64,000 nucleotides of DNA from Octopus sinensis (taxonomy: Eukaryota). The notes under the pieces are model-generated. The model was not told where the DNA came from. It worked only from the letters and a program-made list of their open reading frames with translations, and did no database searches. The number at the start of each line of letters is the position of its first letter. Within the stretch, counting starts at the first letter, position 1. This document shows, piece by piece, positions 1-13,630 of the stretch. The position numbers and the translations under genes were made by a program. The stretch covers positions 8,183,360 to 8,247,359 of the forward strand of contig NC_043019.1 in NCBI RefSeq assembly GCF_006345805.1. The letters are read 5' to 3'.

Positions 1-214
1 ACTATTTATGGGGTCAATAAACATTTGCCGATCTACTAACAGCTGTCCTTTTTTTGTGCAGGATACACAAATAGATATGGAGATACACGAACACGTCAAT
101 GTTATTAAAATACAAAGCAAATTCATTAAGAGTCTGAAATGTAGACATTAGAGTAAAGCCTCAGTGTTTTGAGGAAGTTGGGTGAGTAAACAATAGAACT
201 AAAAAATGGAGTAA

Positions 215-221
215 TATATAT

Positions 222-254
<33 letters not shown>

Positions 255-371
255 TAAATATATATATATAAGTAGGTGAATGAATTATCATATGTTTATC
301 GTCAGCATGGAAAATTCGTTTAACCGAAACATATAAATATATATGTATGTATATATATGTATATATATCTA

Positions 372-457
<86 letters not shown>

Positions 458-490
458 TATATATGTATGTATGTATGTATGTATATATAT
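215..490. repeat. (TA)n/(TACA)n/(TATG)n compound microsatellite
   Basis: Simple repeats read directly from the sequence; they explain the YIYI ORFs at 320-591. Confidence 0.95.
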
Positions 491-493
491 ACT

Positions 494-646
494 GGTGCAG
501 GAGTGACTGTGAGGTTCGAAGCTTGCTCCTAACCACATGGTTCCGGGTTCAGTTCCGAATTGGGCGAATGTTTTGGATTATAAACATGTGAGTGGATGTT
601 TTAGACAGAAACTGAAAGAAGCCTGTCGTATACACACACACACACA

Positions 647-693
<47 letters not shown>

Positions 694-940
694 CATGTGT
701 GTGTGTGTTTGTGTATCTATGTGAGTGTACTTTTCTGTCTGTATCTGTCTCCTCCACCGCTTATCAAGAGGGGTAGGTGTGTTTTCATCCCTGTAACACA
801 GAGTTTTGGCAAAAGAGACTGATATAATAAGTACTAGGATTTAACGGTAAGCCCTCGGGGCGATTCATTCGACTAACTATTCAATGCGATGCTCCAGCAT
901 GGCCGCAGTCGAATGACGGAGAAACTAAAAGATAAAAGAT
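494..940 (+). mobile_element. OR-type tRNA-derived (CORE-like) SINE with internal (CA)/(TA)/(TG) tract
   Basis: Head ggtgcaggagtgactgtg...ggttccgggttcagttcc (A/B-box-like), gaaactgaaagaagcc, internal microsatellite, then ggcaaaagagac...aagtactagg...gctccagcatggccgcagtc and an aaaagat tail. The same modules recur at 13359, 29473 and 57420. Confidence 0.85.
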
Positions 941-1267
941 GCGACAGAGTGATATCAGAAACTAAATTGAAAACTATAAAATGTCGTTTGATGTAAATAG
1001 TTCAGCGATAGATTTTATAAATTGCAGTTTCAATGAAATGTGTTAGAAGTTAATAGAAGTGACTAACTCGGAGAGAAAATATTAAGTGATAAGAACGCCG
1101 GCACCCAACTGATATTAATCAAATATATTTTTATTGGCCGTGGTTTGGAAGAGATGTATTAAAATCGAAAATTAGTTCAATGTAACAACAGGGGACGAAG
1201 AAATAATGAGACTACTGAGATGGAAGCTATATACTGTGATACGAGATGACTAAAAAAGAAAATAAAA

Positions 1268-1620
1268 AATCTCTGAGCGAGGTATAAACAGTAACTGCAC
1301 GACAATGTGAAGTATATTTGCACTTAAATATGGCTGATCACTAAGGGTGGAAGCTACTGTAGCTTGTAATCCTAGGAGAACATCTTCTCCAGCTGGCTAT
1401 TGACACACTTTCTGTGCTCTATCGGTATTTGCAAAGGGAAGCCATCCTTCCCATCGACGACCTGACGTGATGCGCACGGACCCGGTTTCTGAATATTTAC
1501 CCGTCATCAGTGCACGACAATCACCGGTCTTCGATACGAAGGGTTCACAATGCAAATACATATATCCTTTTTCCAGTGACGTTTCCTCATCGATCTCGAA
1601 AAAGTGTAAACAAGCAATAA
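1268..1620 (+). mobile_element. Unclassified dispersed repeat with long internal stem-loop (copy 1)
   Basis: Collinear similarity to 29657-29988 (ctaagggtgga.gctactgta, cagctggcta..gacacact.tctgtgc, gacaatcacc, caaatacatata, gaaaaagtg). Internal inverted repeat at 1425-1439 / 1545-1559. Confidence 0.7.
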
Positions 1621-4548
1621 TATATCTATGATTTTCTATGTAATGAAAGAAATATTAGATTCTAAATGTAATCAGGAAAAAGCATTTAAAGGCAAATAAA
1701 GGAAAATGGCCGATATCAGAATTGAATTCCGAAATAAATTAGAGAGAAACGTCGAGGAAAACTAAAAGAGTAATGATTACACAAACTCGGCAAAGAGGAA
1801 GAGATCGTATTTGAGAAATCTCGGGAGTATAATAAAGAATATAATGGGATTCCTAATTTCTTTTGCACAGAATTAATACCTAACCTTAAATGACTAGCAA
1901 TGATAATTAAATTATAAAACAAGATCGAACATCAAATCTAAATAATGGATTCTATTGATATGATGAAGAACTACGTGATAACATTGCTTCTGTCTACGGA
2001 GTTGCTGTGTATCTAGTGCACATTCATATTCACTAATTGAACATTATATCAAAATTGAGGCATAAATGCTGAGAATTAACAGATTTATATCGAATTTAGT
2101 ACATGACAACTATGCGGACACAGAAAGATTGGAAGTGCTTGTCCAAAGAGACCAAAGGATCAAATAAATCAGATACAATTTCGTTCCATTTTGATCAATT
2201 GTTAACGCGAAAGGAAGCCTAAAATCTACGAAAGGCCAAGGATTTTTACATAGATATAAGAAAGATCTGGGCCATGATATTGAAAACTAAATCAATGAGA
2301 ATTATAGGGTTGGATATGATAAAGATCAACCTAAATCACATCCTACGTAAGAGATTTCTCATCAGATCCAATAATATATACTCCAAAGAATCACAATCAC
2401 GTAATCGATCTAAACAGCGAATCAATGTCCTCTATGTAATAATCATTCAATAAAATAATACAAATATTAATGATTTTCGGCAACAACGCATCTGAGTGCC
2501 TTCTACTTCAGTGCAATCCGATTACGTCACATTATACATAACACAAACAGTGAACGCTCAACGTTCTATAAAAACAAATACGGCAATACCCAAAACTATG
2601 GTAGGTCTAAGTCTTGGCTGAATAGAAGTTCCCTTCATTTTGTTTTTGGGCACTCCCACCATTCACCTCCAGTTTTCCAGGAAGCCTGCGATTACAATAT
2701 ATGACTGATTTTTCGGTGAAATTGATGTGAAATTGTTGTAAATTTAGCATCGGGAAAGACAACACCATTAATATGCAGGTACATGAAACACTTTTATGAA
2801 TAAGCTTTGGGGAACCGAAAACTAGTGTCTGTAGTAAAGAAAGAAAATCATATTCCTTTAAGGAAATGAATATATTTTTTTCCATTCATTTTCAGACTTG
2901 TGTTTACACATTTTGCTAACATTCGAAACCGCAAGGAAATCGGATACAACATCTCTCAGTGAACCAAACACCATTTCTTTTTACAGATATCTTCAGACTA
3001 TTCAGAACAGTAAATAAATAAATGGAAAATCAATGTTACAATGTGTACATGTATACATGAGAGGAATTTTTATGCAATTTAGTTTAGAAAAAATCTTTGA
3101 GATGGGAAACCTAATAAAAACACGAATATCTTGTTAGATAAAGAAACAGAGTTAAAGTAATTCTACCAAACACACACATATTAGGTTTCAGCGATTAGCT
3201 TAACGGACTACATAAATGGAAGCTTAAAAACGAATGTTATTGACCTACAAGTTTAATGCGTGAGACAGAGTTAAATGAAGAAAATAAGATAATGGGTATC
3301 ATTAATTTCGTTGTCCAAATAATACGTTAGTCTTATATTATTCTCCACTGGGCGCTAAGTGAATTAGTATGACAAGACAGGCAAACCATTAAAATCATTA
3401 CTGAATTTAGAATATAACAAAAGACAATGTGTGACTGTTATATGTACCATGAAATCAAAGGGGAAACGGTCTTGTGCAAGTAGAAATGTTTTATAAAATG
3501 TCTTGTAATGAATAATGGAAAACTAATGGAAATAGATACCTATCGCAAGTGAATTCCCCAAACAAGAAACAAAAAAACTATAAATGTTTGGTAATTTTAG
3601 AGCAAGTTAGGACAAATTGGTATAAAAGAGTCTACGGTGAAACAAAAGCTGAAATTATTAGAGAATTAAATAGTAAAATGTGAATGTGTGGTTCGTAATA
3701 TCCTGCTAAATCTACAGAAAATTGAAGAATGTGGACTGGAATAAAGAAAAAAGAGGAAGAATTCTTTAAGCTTACTGACTGCAAAACAACGCCAAATAAT
3801 TTCTCCAGAAATGATCAGATGTATTTAATAAAGTATGATGTAAGAGTTAACTACATAATTTGCAAAGTTTATAAAGAATTAATGGATTGCAGTGGATCAA
3901 AAACCATTTAGCCGAAACATACTGTGCTTAGACGAAACATAATGCACATTCCTGTTGACATTTGCATTTGTTCAACTTATGATCATCATAGTTCACCTTC
4001 GACATTTTATATCCCAGAATCCTAAAGCTTATATAGAAAACCTGGGTAATTATAACAGAGTTGTGGAATATCCACAGAAGAGACGGACGTGTACAACCAA
4101 TCATTGTCGCACCTTTCAGAGTTCTTTGATGTGTTTCCGTCCAGGAAAGACATACAAATCTATTTAAAGAATGTGATTGTGACGAACACACCAAATATTT
4201 TTTATTGTGATAGGCCGTCGGAAAAGAAATGTCTGCTGATAGGTTGACAAGATTCCTAAAATACATCGATGAAATTATTCGTACTCGCTTCACTTAACGG
4301 ATGCAGCCAATTGCGTTGATATCAGTTGATAATGACACCTGCTCCATCTAACGACGTCAAGTTTGCTAGAGCTACGTGTTAGCACCATATGAAACCTGAG
4401 TAAACAGATGTTCCTTTGATAAAAGCCGCTCACACTTAACTTTCTTTCTGGATATTTTGGGGAATAAAAAGTTGTTTTTACTCTACTTGAAAACGCATAA
4501 GTATTGTCTACAGTGTAATACTATTAAGGTTTCATGTACATTAACACA

Positions 4549-4623
4549 TACATGCATAATACATACATACATACATACACACATACATACATACATACAC
4601 ACATACACACATACATACATACA

Positions 4624-4657
<34 letters not shown>

Positions 4658-4680
4658 CATACATACATACACACATATTC
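4549..4680. repeat. (TACA)n microsatellite
   Basis: Tandem tetramer read directly. Confidence 0.95.
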
Positions 4681-5053
4681 ATATTTACGCCTGCACGCAT
4701 GTGTGTGTTTGTGTGTATGTGTGTGATTTGTGAATTTGTGTGCGTGTATACGTATCAACAATCTACATGTGGGCATAATTTACTCTTCCGGTCTGGTCTA
4801 CACGCATCAGTTGAATCTCGTTACCATGTTATCTGAGATGTAGAATATAGTTGCTCACAGTCTCGCACACTCACACACAGACACGCAAATACACACACAC
4901 GCAAGCACACTCTCCCACCACATACATATATATAACATAAAACATGATATATGTATGTATATATATATATATAATATATAACATGATATATGTATAAATA
5001 TATATGTGTGTGTGTTTATATATACATACATACTTATGATTTGAGATATTTAT

Positions 5054-5089
<36 letters not shown>

Positions 5090-6189
5090 GGAGGGAAAGA
5101 TGTTGAGAGATAATGGTGGAATAGATTTAAACGGTGAAGATGAGGGATATAAAAACCGTCCAAGTGAAAATTATATGTAAAATTGATAGACACCTTTCTA
5201 AAGTCTGTGTTCATATATATCCTATTTGTATCCCATCATTGCCTTCCCCAACCCCTGAGACAACCACGAACATAACATTTATCTTTAACCTTTGTCACGT
5301 AGTTTACCTCCAAATACAAACACTTTAGATCTCTAATTAACCTATTAGAAACCAGACCCAACATTTCAGTCAAGATATCTTCTCTTTTCCTTTCTCTCTT
5401 GACATTTATTTCAAACATCGTATCGTATTTCTTTGATTATACCGACTCAACTACTGGCTGACCTTACGTAAACATACAAACTTACTTACTGATATTTGAG
5501 AGTACATGAAATAACAAGCTAACGAACTAAACGAATAATCGGACGAAAGAACCAGCTAGCCTTTCTACATAATTGTTCTGGCTGCTAGAAAGAAGCCTTA
5601 AACAACTCGCCGGTTGAGAAATTAGAAATGAAAGGAAAATTAATCTTTCTGTAATGTAGACTTCATTAAAAAAATCAATTGAACGAATCCAATGGAGTGG
5701 AATATCAATTTGAATGTGTGACTCATTAAATTTCGTAGCAGCCTACAGAAAACACCAAACATTATTGTCTAAAGTAAGGTTGATACACCGATGGAAGCTG
5801 GGATAAATATAGGATATATGGCATTAGTCAAAGGCAGGATAGTCACGTAAGATATATTATGGCAATACGATTAGCAGATGACGATTCAAATACGAGAAAC
5901 AATAACAACAATCAGATTGGGATGTAAACAAATGCTCAGACTCCGCGCTTACTAGAAGTAAGCTAATTTGTATCAAATCAGAACCGGCTAAGTATTGAAG
6001 GACATACACTCCGTAATTTTGATCGATCGTAGATATTTCAGATCTAGAATGAACTGAACTATATTAATGTGATCTGCAGCAAAATCAATAACCTAAACCA
6101 AAACGGTTATTGCAAGATCATCTACAAAAATGATTGTCTGAGACAAGAGATAACGGTTTCTAATTTTGGAACATGGCCATCAGTTTTTG

Positions 6190-6366
6190 AGGGGAATGGA
6201 AATTAGATTACGTCGACCCTCAAAAGAATTTCCTGGTATGTATTTTATCCTAAAGGAAAGAAAGCAAAGTCGACATATCTGGTACCTGAGCACAGAAGGT
6301 AAACATAGACGAAATTCCGCTAAACGTTTTGGTCGGTGTACAAACCATTCTGCTAGTTCACTGCCT
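6190..6366 (-). mobile_element. Degraded OK-type SINE
   Basis: gcaaagtcgac, agacgaaattccgctaa and ttctgctagttcactgcc match the reverse strand of better-preserved copies in this window. Confidence 0.6.
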
Positions 6367-7053
6367 TGATAATACGTGAGAAATAGAAGGCAAATCTACC
6401 CGAAGTCACACCACAACTTTGCCTAAATTTCGTATTGTCTAAGGAATTACTTTGTCTGAAGAGTTCTTCTATTTTTGGTGTCGACATGCTGTGAGTTATT
6501 AGAGACATGGCTGTTTTTTTAGTACACAAAGTCACCATTTTGACGCTACCTTGACAAAAATCAATACATCTATGATTACATTTCTGGTTGGACGCTATCA
6601 AAGATAAGAAATAACTGTCTGCATTGGCAAATAAATATCTCTAAATCTGAATCTATAGAAAATGGTCTTTGAATGAATGCTATAATGTAATTTATGGGTG
6701 GTTAGCTTCTAGTTATGAAAGGTTCAAACAGAAATATATTTGAAACTAACTGTTGTCAAATATGTGCATTATATATGTCGTGTGTGTGTGTGTGCGTGTG
6801 TGTGTGTGTGTGAATATATGTATAAAGCCACCAACGTTACGAGGTACGTATATACTAAAGGCTGTTGGTTATAGATGGTTGTTTGTGTGAACCAACGGAA
6901 GGTTAACATGTAAGGTTAATAATGCATGTTTACGATATTGCAAATTGATATTTATATATAAATACACATACACAAACACAACACACACAAACACATGCAT
7001 ATGAACATTGCGCACACAAACTTACATAGCTGCCTATGCATACAACTCTATCT

Positions 7054-7253
7054 GACGAGCTGGCAGAATTGTTAGCGATATTTCGTCTACCGTTACCTTC
7101 TGAGTTCGATGTTACCTTTCATTCTTTCGGGGTCGATTAAATAACTACCATTTTACAGACTGCGGTCGATGTAATCAACTTGATCCCTTTGTCTGCCCTT
7201 GTTTATCCCTTCTATGTTTACCCTACCCCCGCCCTGTGGGCAACAAAGAAATA
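7054..7253 (+). mobile_element. OK-type SINE with internal deletions (tail A)
   Basis: gagctggcagaa..gttagc head, ctgagttc B-box remnant, ctttcggggtcgat, and a ctgtgggcaacaaagaaata tail. Confidence 0.8.
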
Positions 7254-7829
7254 TTTATACATATATTATATGCGAATGTGGGCAGAAAGGTTCATAGGCA
7301 GACTATGAAGGAGTCAGTGTAGAGGAGTAAAATTAGTATGCCTTAATTTCAGCTCCGTTTATTAATAACTGTATTGTTTCTTTCCAAATATGGCACGCGA
7401 CATTGCGAATCATTACTCTTAGGAGAGACATTACAGTGAATAATTTACACATCAGTTCGAATATAACAAAGAATTTGTCCTCATACTTATAGAACTCTCA
7501 GTTCTTTTACATAATCCTGTTGATTGTTTTGATCTTTAGCAATACCAGCGGCAACAATATAGGAAATGTCAAGATTCAATAATTTTAATGTAACAGTTGA
7601 ACGTAATTGTTATTGCGCATATTTAATGTTCAGTCAGAATTGATGCCGCATTATAAAACAATAATGTTCTATATATACCGCAGAGCTGCGAGCAAAATAA
7701 CAGAATAGTTTTCTCATGCCAACATATATGTATGTATACATACATATATACATACTCACACAGACACACAGATATATATATACACTCAGGCGTGTGTACA
7801 TTTGTATATGTTTATGACTATATGTGTCA

Positions 7830-7920
7830 CTATATATGAAGATATATATATATATATATACAAATACATACATACGTAGATATATTAGATATATACATAT
7901 ACATATATATATATACATAC

Positions 7921-7973
<53 letters not shown>

Positions 7974-8070
7974 ACATATACATATACATATATATATATA
8001 TATATTATATATATAATATATATATATTATATATATATTATATATATATATATATGTATATATATGCATA
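7830..8070. repeat. (TA)n-rich microsatellite
   Basis: Read directly. Confidence 0.95.
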
Positions 8071-8768
8071 TATGTGTGTGCGTATGTGACTTAATGATGC
8101 TGGAAGACATAACGTGTTTCTTTTTTTTTGTCCTTTCTAACGTATCTCCATATTGTTTAGAATCACTCCATTCTAAACATGTGAATTTTCCTTATAAGAA
8201 TCTGTTTTAATAACCGTATCTGACATATTTATGCCAAAGTAATATAACTTATGTGAATGTTATCACCATATTTTCATGTCAATCTTACAATTAAACAACA
8301 TAACGCGTACATACTAATAAAATATGCGCTTCCGTGTAGAACTGTTTTCATTTTATGAAACTGCTGAAACACATTGCAGAAATAAATATGTTGCTGATAT
8401 TCTTTCCTGCAAGGTTACTGACTTTCGCATTATTTTGTAATGTTCCAGTTACTAGGTCATATTTTAACAATCTAAATGTATTCACATACATACACACAAC
8501 ACATATATATATATATATATATATAATATATATATACACGTGTGCGCGGGCGTTTCACACTCTGTGTGTTATCAATTTATCTATCTGCCTATGTATCTGT
8601 TTATCTTTACGTATATAGATATGTATATATTTATGTATGTATATAGTTGAGTATATATATATATATATATATATAAAATATTATTAGAGACAAAACCACT
8701 ATTTTGCAAAACAAACAAGGAAAGACTCAATCAATACATAAAATTTTAATAAATAGTCAAAAAAACCG

Positions 8769-8811
8769 CCACTACAATTGTTTCTTGTCTTGATCGACAA
8801 TCTTCAGGTGG
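8769..8811 (-). ncRNA. Minimal type-I hammerhead ribozyme motif (fully paired copy)
   Basis: Minus strand reads CCAC CUGAAGA UUGUC gaucaa GACAA GAAAC AAUU GUA GUGG: canonical core, 5-bp stem II, palindromic stem III, 4-bp stem I. Confidence 0.8.
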
Positions 8812-8874
8812 ACTTCCAATAAGTCAGTTTCAAATTATGAAGACTTCATAATTTGAAACTGACTTATTGGAAGT

Positions 8875-8917
8875 CCACCTGAAGATTGTCGATCAAGACA
8901 AGAAACAATTGTATTGG
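8875..8917 (+). ncRNA. Minimal type-I hammerhead ribozyme motif (stem I mismatch)
   Basis: CCAC CUGAAGA UUGUC gaucaa GACAA GAAAC AAUU GUA UUGG; a C/U mismatch lies next to the cleavage site. Confidence 0.7.
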
Positions 8918-9085
8918 CGGTTTTTTTGACTATTTATTAAAATTGTATGTATTGATTAAGTCTTTCCTTGTTTGTTTTGCAAAATAGTGGTTTTGTCTCT
9001 AATAATATTTTATATTTTACTATAAAATTGGATTTAATCCTAAATCTGATTTTTCCCCTGTAAATTTGGATTTATTCCCTAATAT

Positions 9086-9180
<95 letters not shown>

Positions 9181-9330
9181 CATATATATTTATAGATATA
9201 TATGTGTATATATATATTTACATATATACATACATATTTATATGTATAGGAAGATGCATATGCATTTATGTATACATATAAATATATACACATACATACA
9301 CACACACATATATATATGTATATACGTATA
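9086..9330. repeat. (ATT)/(TA)n microsatellite
   Basis: Read directly. Confidence 0.95.
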
Positions 9331-10104
9331 TGTATACTTAAATGTATGCATGTATTCTATATTTGTATATTTGAGTGGGCGAGCGTCTTTGTATTTATGT
9401 ATATATCAATATGTATTTATATATTTACATACATATGTAAAATAACTGACATATGTACATATATATCTATACATATATATGTATATATATATGTATATAT
9501 ACGTATATGTATACATAAATGTTTACATGTATATTATATTTGTCTATTTGAGTGGGCGAGTGTCTTTCTATCTATGTATATTCACACAATGTTATACTCT
9601 AGGTCGGGGGATATTTACTGTTGCATGCATAGCACGATTATAAAGACAGTAAAAGAGATAAAGTGATAAAGACCGACTCAAAATAACAAAAGTACCTCGA
9701 AGGTTAATGGTGATATAGATATATATGTATATATATGTTGCATGGTTACTCACACACTCACTCGTTGACGTACACACACGCATACACTCATACGCTCATA
9801 TCAGATTGTTCAGGAAAAAAGTGCTGGTTGTTAAACATCTTTTAATAAGATTTAGACGAGTGGCTGAAATAATTTATCGCCGAAGAATATCACCATATTC
9901 GATGTTTTATGAGAGAGTTAGTTTATCGCCTTCGCTACACTTTGTTACAGTTACAGAAGGGACATATGGTGATTTTGCCAACTGTTGATGTATGATGCAG
10001 ATTTTATAGATACTGATATAGTAAATTTATTGTTGGAATATAGAGACACACAGACATACAGACATATATATACTGATGCTTCTACATCATATACACACAC
10101 ACAC

Positions 10105-10138
<34 letters not shown>

Positions 10139-10281
10139 AGTATTGATTCGTTAACTGGTTTGTGTCATCAAATTTCGCTATTAAAAATGCATTAGCTGAA
10201 AAATGTTTTGATTTTATTTTTTTCATTACACACACGCAGACACGGACACAGACGCAGAAACATGTACATATCAGAGTATTT

Positions 10282-10283
<2 letters not shown>

Positions 10284-10350
<67 letters not shown>

Positions 10351-10480
10351 TATATATATATATATTATATATATATATATATATATAATATATATTATAT
10401 ATATATAAATATATATATACATATATATGTACACATACATATATATATAAACATATATATGCATATATTTATAATATTTA
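10284..10480. repeat. (TA)n microsatellite
   Basis: Read directly. Confidence 0.95.
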
Positions 10481-12135
10481 TTTATAAATAGGAATATTGA
10501 TGTTTCTAAGTCTCTCTAAAGGACACTACACCAGTGTTATTGGATATATATAGCAATCACCAAGCTACCATGCCAGACCCAGAAAACTGGGACGAATGCT
10601 GCCGTTGATTATCTCCAAGAAGCCATCGCCTTTAGCTTGCTATGTAACTTTATTATTATTATTACGAGAGATCTTTTGGGAATTAGTGAGAGAACATATG
10701 AAAAAATATTTCCATATAATCCATTTTTATATCATTGTTCCTCTATAGATGATACATTGCTAAATAGATGATTCTAGAGAATATGATAGAATCATGAAAG
10801 CTACAAAGCATGTGAACCTGGCGATGCTCCACGGTGACTGAGGTGATGGTTAAATCTAAATAGCTACAATTTCTATAAGATATGATACTTTCTGGCAGAC
10901 AGATCGCCACAAATTGCAGAAGATTGAACATTCGATTAACTCAACATCAGTCTTAGACGAAAGAATAAAGAGGCCAAATCGAACAAAATGTAACATGAAC
11001 TTTGGATTTAAAGAGTCGTAATTAATCACACCGTTGCTTTGTAAGCCCCATCACTTTCCGTTTGTGCCAGCCTCAGCCGATTCTTAATAACATATGATAC
11101 ACCAATAACTTTTGATTTCCGAAATTTAAAATGAATTCTTCTGAAGTGCAAGTCCTCTTAACGTGGCAAATTAAATTATTTCTTTGACACGGTTTGTACT
11201 TCATCCCTGAATCTCTGTGAATAATAAGCTTCCGATATTTGATTTGCTTCCTTAGCTAGAAGTATTGAGATATCGCGAGTGCAGTGTGTGTACATGTGCG
11301 GCATCCATGTGGTGTATGCGCGTGTGTGTTTGCGTGCGTGTGTGTGTGTGTGTGACTGTGTATGCGCAGAATCAGACAAAGAAATTGAGAAAGAGAATTA
11401 CGGTGACCATCCTATCAATCCATTATTACTTCTTGAATTTCAAGATATTTCATTCAGTAAGATCTTAATTACTATATAGTTAAGAGAAAAGCTGAGTGAA
11501 ATTCGATTATCAAGCTGTCAGTTACCGGGGAATTTATCAGTCATTCTGACATATTACCTACCAATTATATCAGCTTAACAATTGCTTTCATATTTGCAAT
11601 GGCGGAAAACGCAGTGGATTTTAGCATAATTCCATATCAAAGTATCTCTTTCGCTTCTGTCTGATATCTAATACATGTTTCCACCAGTTCGAAATAAAAA
11701 TTAAACGCGTATTCTCAGAGAATGCGTATCAAACGTTTGAAAGACATCAAACGTCATTTAATTAGCATATTATATTATACACACACACACACATATATAT
11801 GAATGTGTGTGTGTGCGTCTGTTTTTATGTACGTATCTATACAAACATGCATACATGCACATATATATATATATATTAATAGAGAGAGAGAGAGACCGTT
11901 CTATTACAACTCACACGCATACATGCTAATGTATAGAGTTATAAACATGTTTTCGTGCACACGGACTTACGTGCTTATCGATATCATTAACTCTTTTCAC
12001 ATCTCCGAGCTTCAGCTTTCTTGAATTGTATTGTGGTAGACCGATCCCAAATTTTGTATTTTATATTTTGCTTTCAAAATTTTCGTTCCCTCTTCTCTCT
12101 TTCTCCCCATTTCTCTCACTCTCTTCCTCTATGCT

Positions 12136-12139
<4 letters not shown>

Positions 12140-12201
<62 letters not shown>

Positions 12202-12222
12202 TATAATATATGTATATATGTA

Positions 12223-12269
<47 letters not shown>

Positions 12270-12310
12270 ATATATATATATATATATATGTATATGTATA
12301 TAAATGCATA
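12140..12310. repeat. (TA)n microsatellite
   Basis: Read directly. Confidence 0.95.
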
Positions 12311-13358
12311 TATGTGCATGCGTATATACCCATGTTTTATGTGCATATTCACAAACTTTATCCATGTTTGAAATGCAGATCGATTAAATAACAAGGGATG
12401 TCTTTAGGAGAACAGAATTATTTTTGCAAAGAAATAAAAAGTGGGTTTTGAAATTCATTTAATTAAAACAACGAAAATGAAAACAAGCGTAAAGCCCTGA
12501 GAATAAAAAAGGCAAAAGAGAGGAAGAAAAACAAATAACGCTAAACAACTTTCAAGATGGAGAATGCATTTGTAATGAGGAAATGTGTAGAATTTAAAGT
12601 GGATTTATTCCCAATGATGGAATGTCGGAAGAGGCAAGTTGAATTTTTAATTGATTGGAACACATATGAAATCAACAAATATTTGGAAACCCTAGCAATT
12701 TTGGCTGTATTAGTTTACCAAAGCCCGAATCTCGGACAGTTTCGAATAAACAGTTAAAATGATATCCCTTTGTGCATATTTAATTAAATGCCCAGAGCTT
12801 GTTGCGGTGGTGCAATTCGGATCCACTATATACGACAGATGGTGTGTAACATACTCTCTCTCTCTCTCCCTCACACACACACACATTCTCTCTTTCTCTC
12901 TGTCAATCTCTTTTCCGCATTCTCTCTCTCCCTACTTCTTCCACTATCTCTCTCCTGCGCCGTTATTCTCTCTCTTCTGACTGGTTCAATGTCTTTTATG
13001 CTCAATAATACAGGATACAAATAGCACTTTTTATGTGTATTATTTCTTGCAACGCTAACACATCTAATTTTTCAATGTGTGGTCCTTACTCAGGACCGCA
13101 AGATAGTGATATAATGATAGAATGATATATAATAGTATCAGTTTGAGCAGCTGATTACAGGAATTCACCTGTGGTTTAATCGAGTGATAATTTCTTATAT
13201 CGTTTCTTGTTTTGCTCAGTTGTCCTTTATTCTTGTAAAGTGGTCTGTGGTGTTTGCTTACGTTCGTACAGTTTGCTTTCTTTCACATGAATTAGGCCTT
13301 CACAATGCTTAGATATTGGTGTCAAGTATTTGGAGGTCCTACTGCATATGGGTGGTTC

Positions 13359-13630
13359 TGCAGGAGTGGCTGTGTGATAAGTAGCTTGCTTACCAACCAC
13401 ATGGTTGCGGGTTCAGTCCCACTGTGTGGCACCTTGGGCCAGTGTCTTCTAAATTTATATGTGTGCGTGTGTGTGTCTGTGTGTGGCTGTGTGCGTGTGT
13501 ATGTGTGTATCTGTTTTGTCGTTCCACAACCAATTGACAACCGATTTTGGCGTGTTTACGGCCCTGTGAATTAGCGGTTCGGCAAAAAGGACAGATAGAA
13601 TAAGTACTAGGCTTACAAAGAATAAGTCCT
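13359..13630 (+). mobile_element. OR-type SINE, internally deleted and 3'-truncated
   Basis: tgcaggagtggctgtgtg...gggttcagtcccactg.gtggcaccttgggc.agtgtcttcta (tRNA head plus CORE-like segment), (TG)n, then gatagaataagtactaggcttacaaagaataagtcct. Confidence 0.88.

Larger units (their letters stand above)
8671..9085 (+). mobile_element. Fold-back Penelope-like element terminus: 172-bp inverted arms plus ~70-bp unique 3' extension
   Basis: 8671-8842 is the reverse complement of 8844-9015 with 3 mismatches and a 1-nt spacer at 8843. Each arm holds a minimal HHR, and (TA)n flanks both sides. Confidence 0.75.

Noticed and set aside
2607-4293. Possible PLE RT/GIY-YIG relic (VNGGSAQKQNEG; KRVYGETK)
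   Set aside because: The motif similarity is too weak and fragmented to call without a profile search.
6150-6185. Minus-strand CUGAUGG...GAAAC hammerhead-like match
   Set aside because: A9 is missing, and there is no stem II pairing and no stem I.
9270-9590. Degenerate ~180-bp tandem duplication containing atttgagtgggcgag
   Set aside because: An ordinary local duplication within low-complexity DNA.
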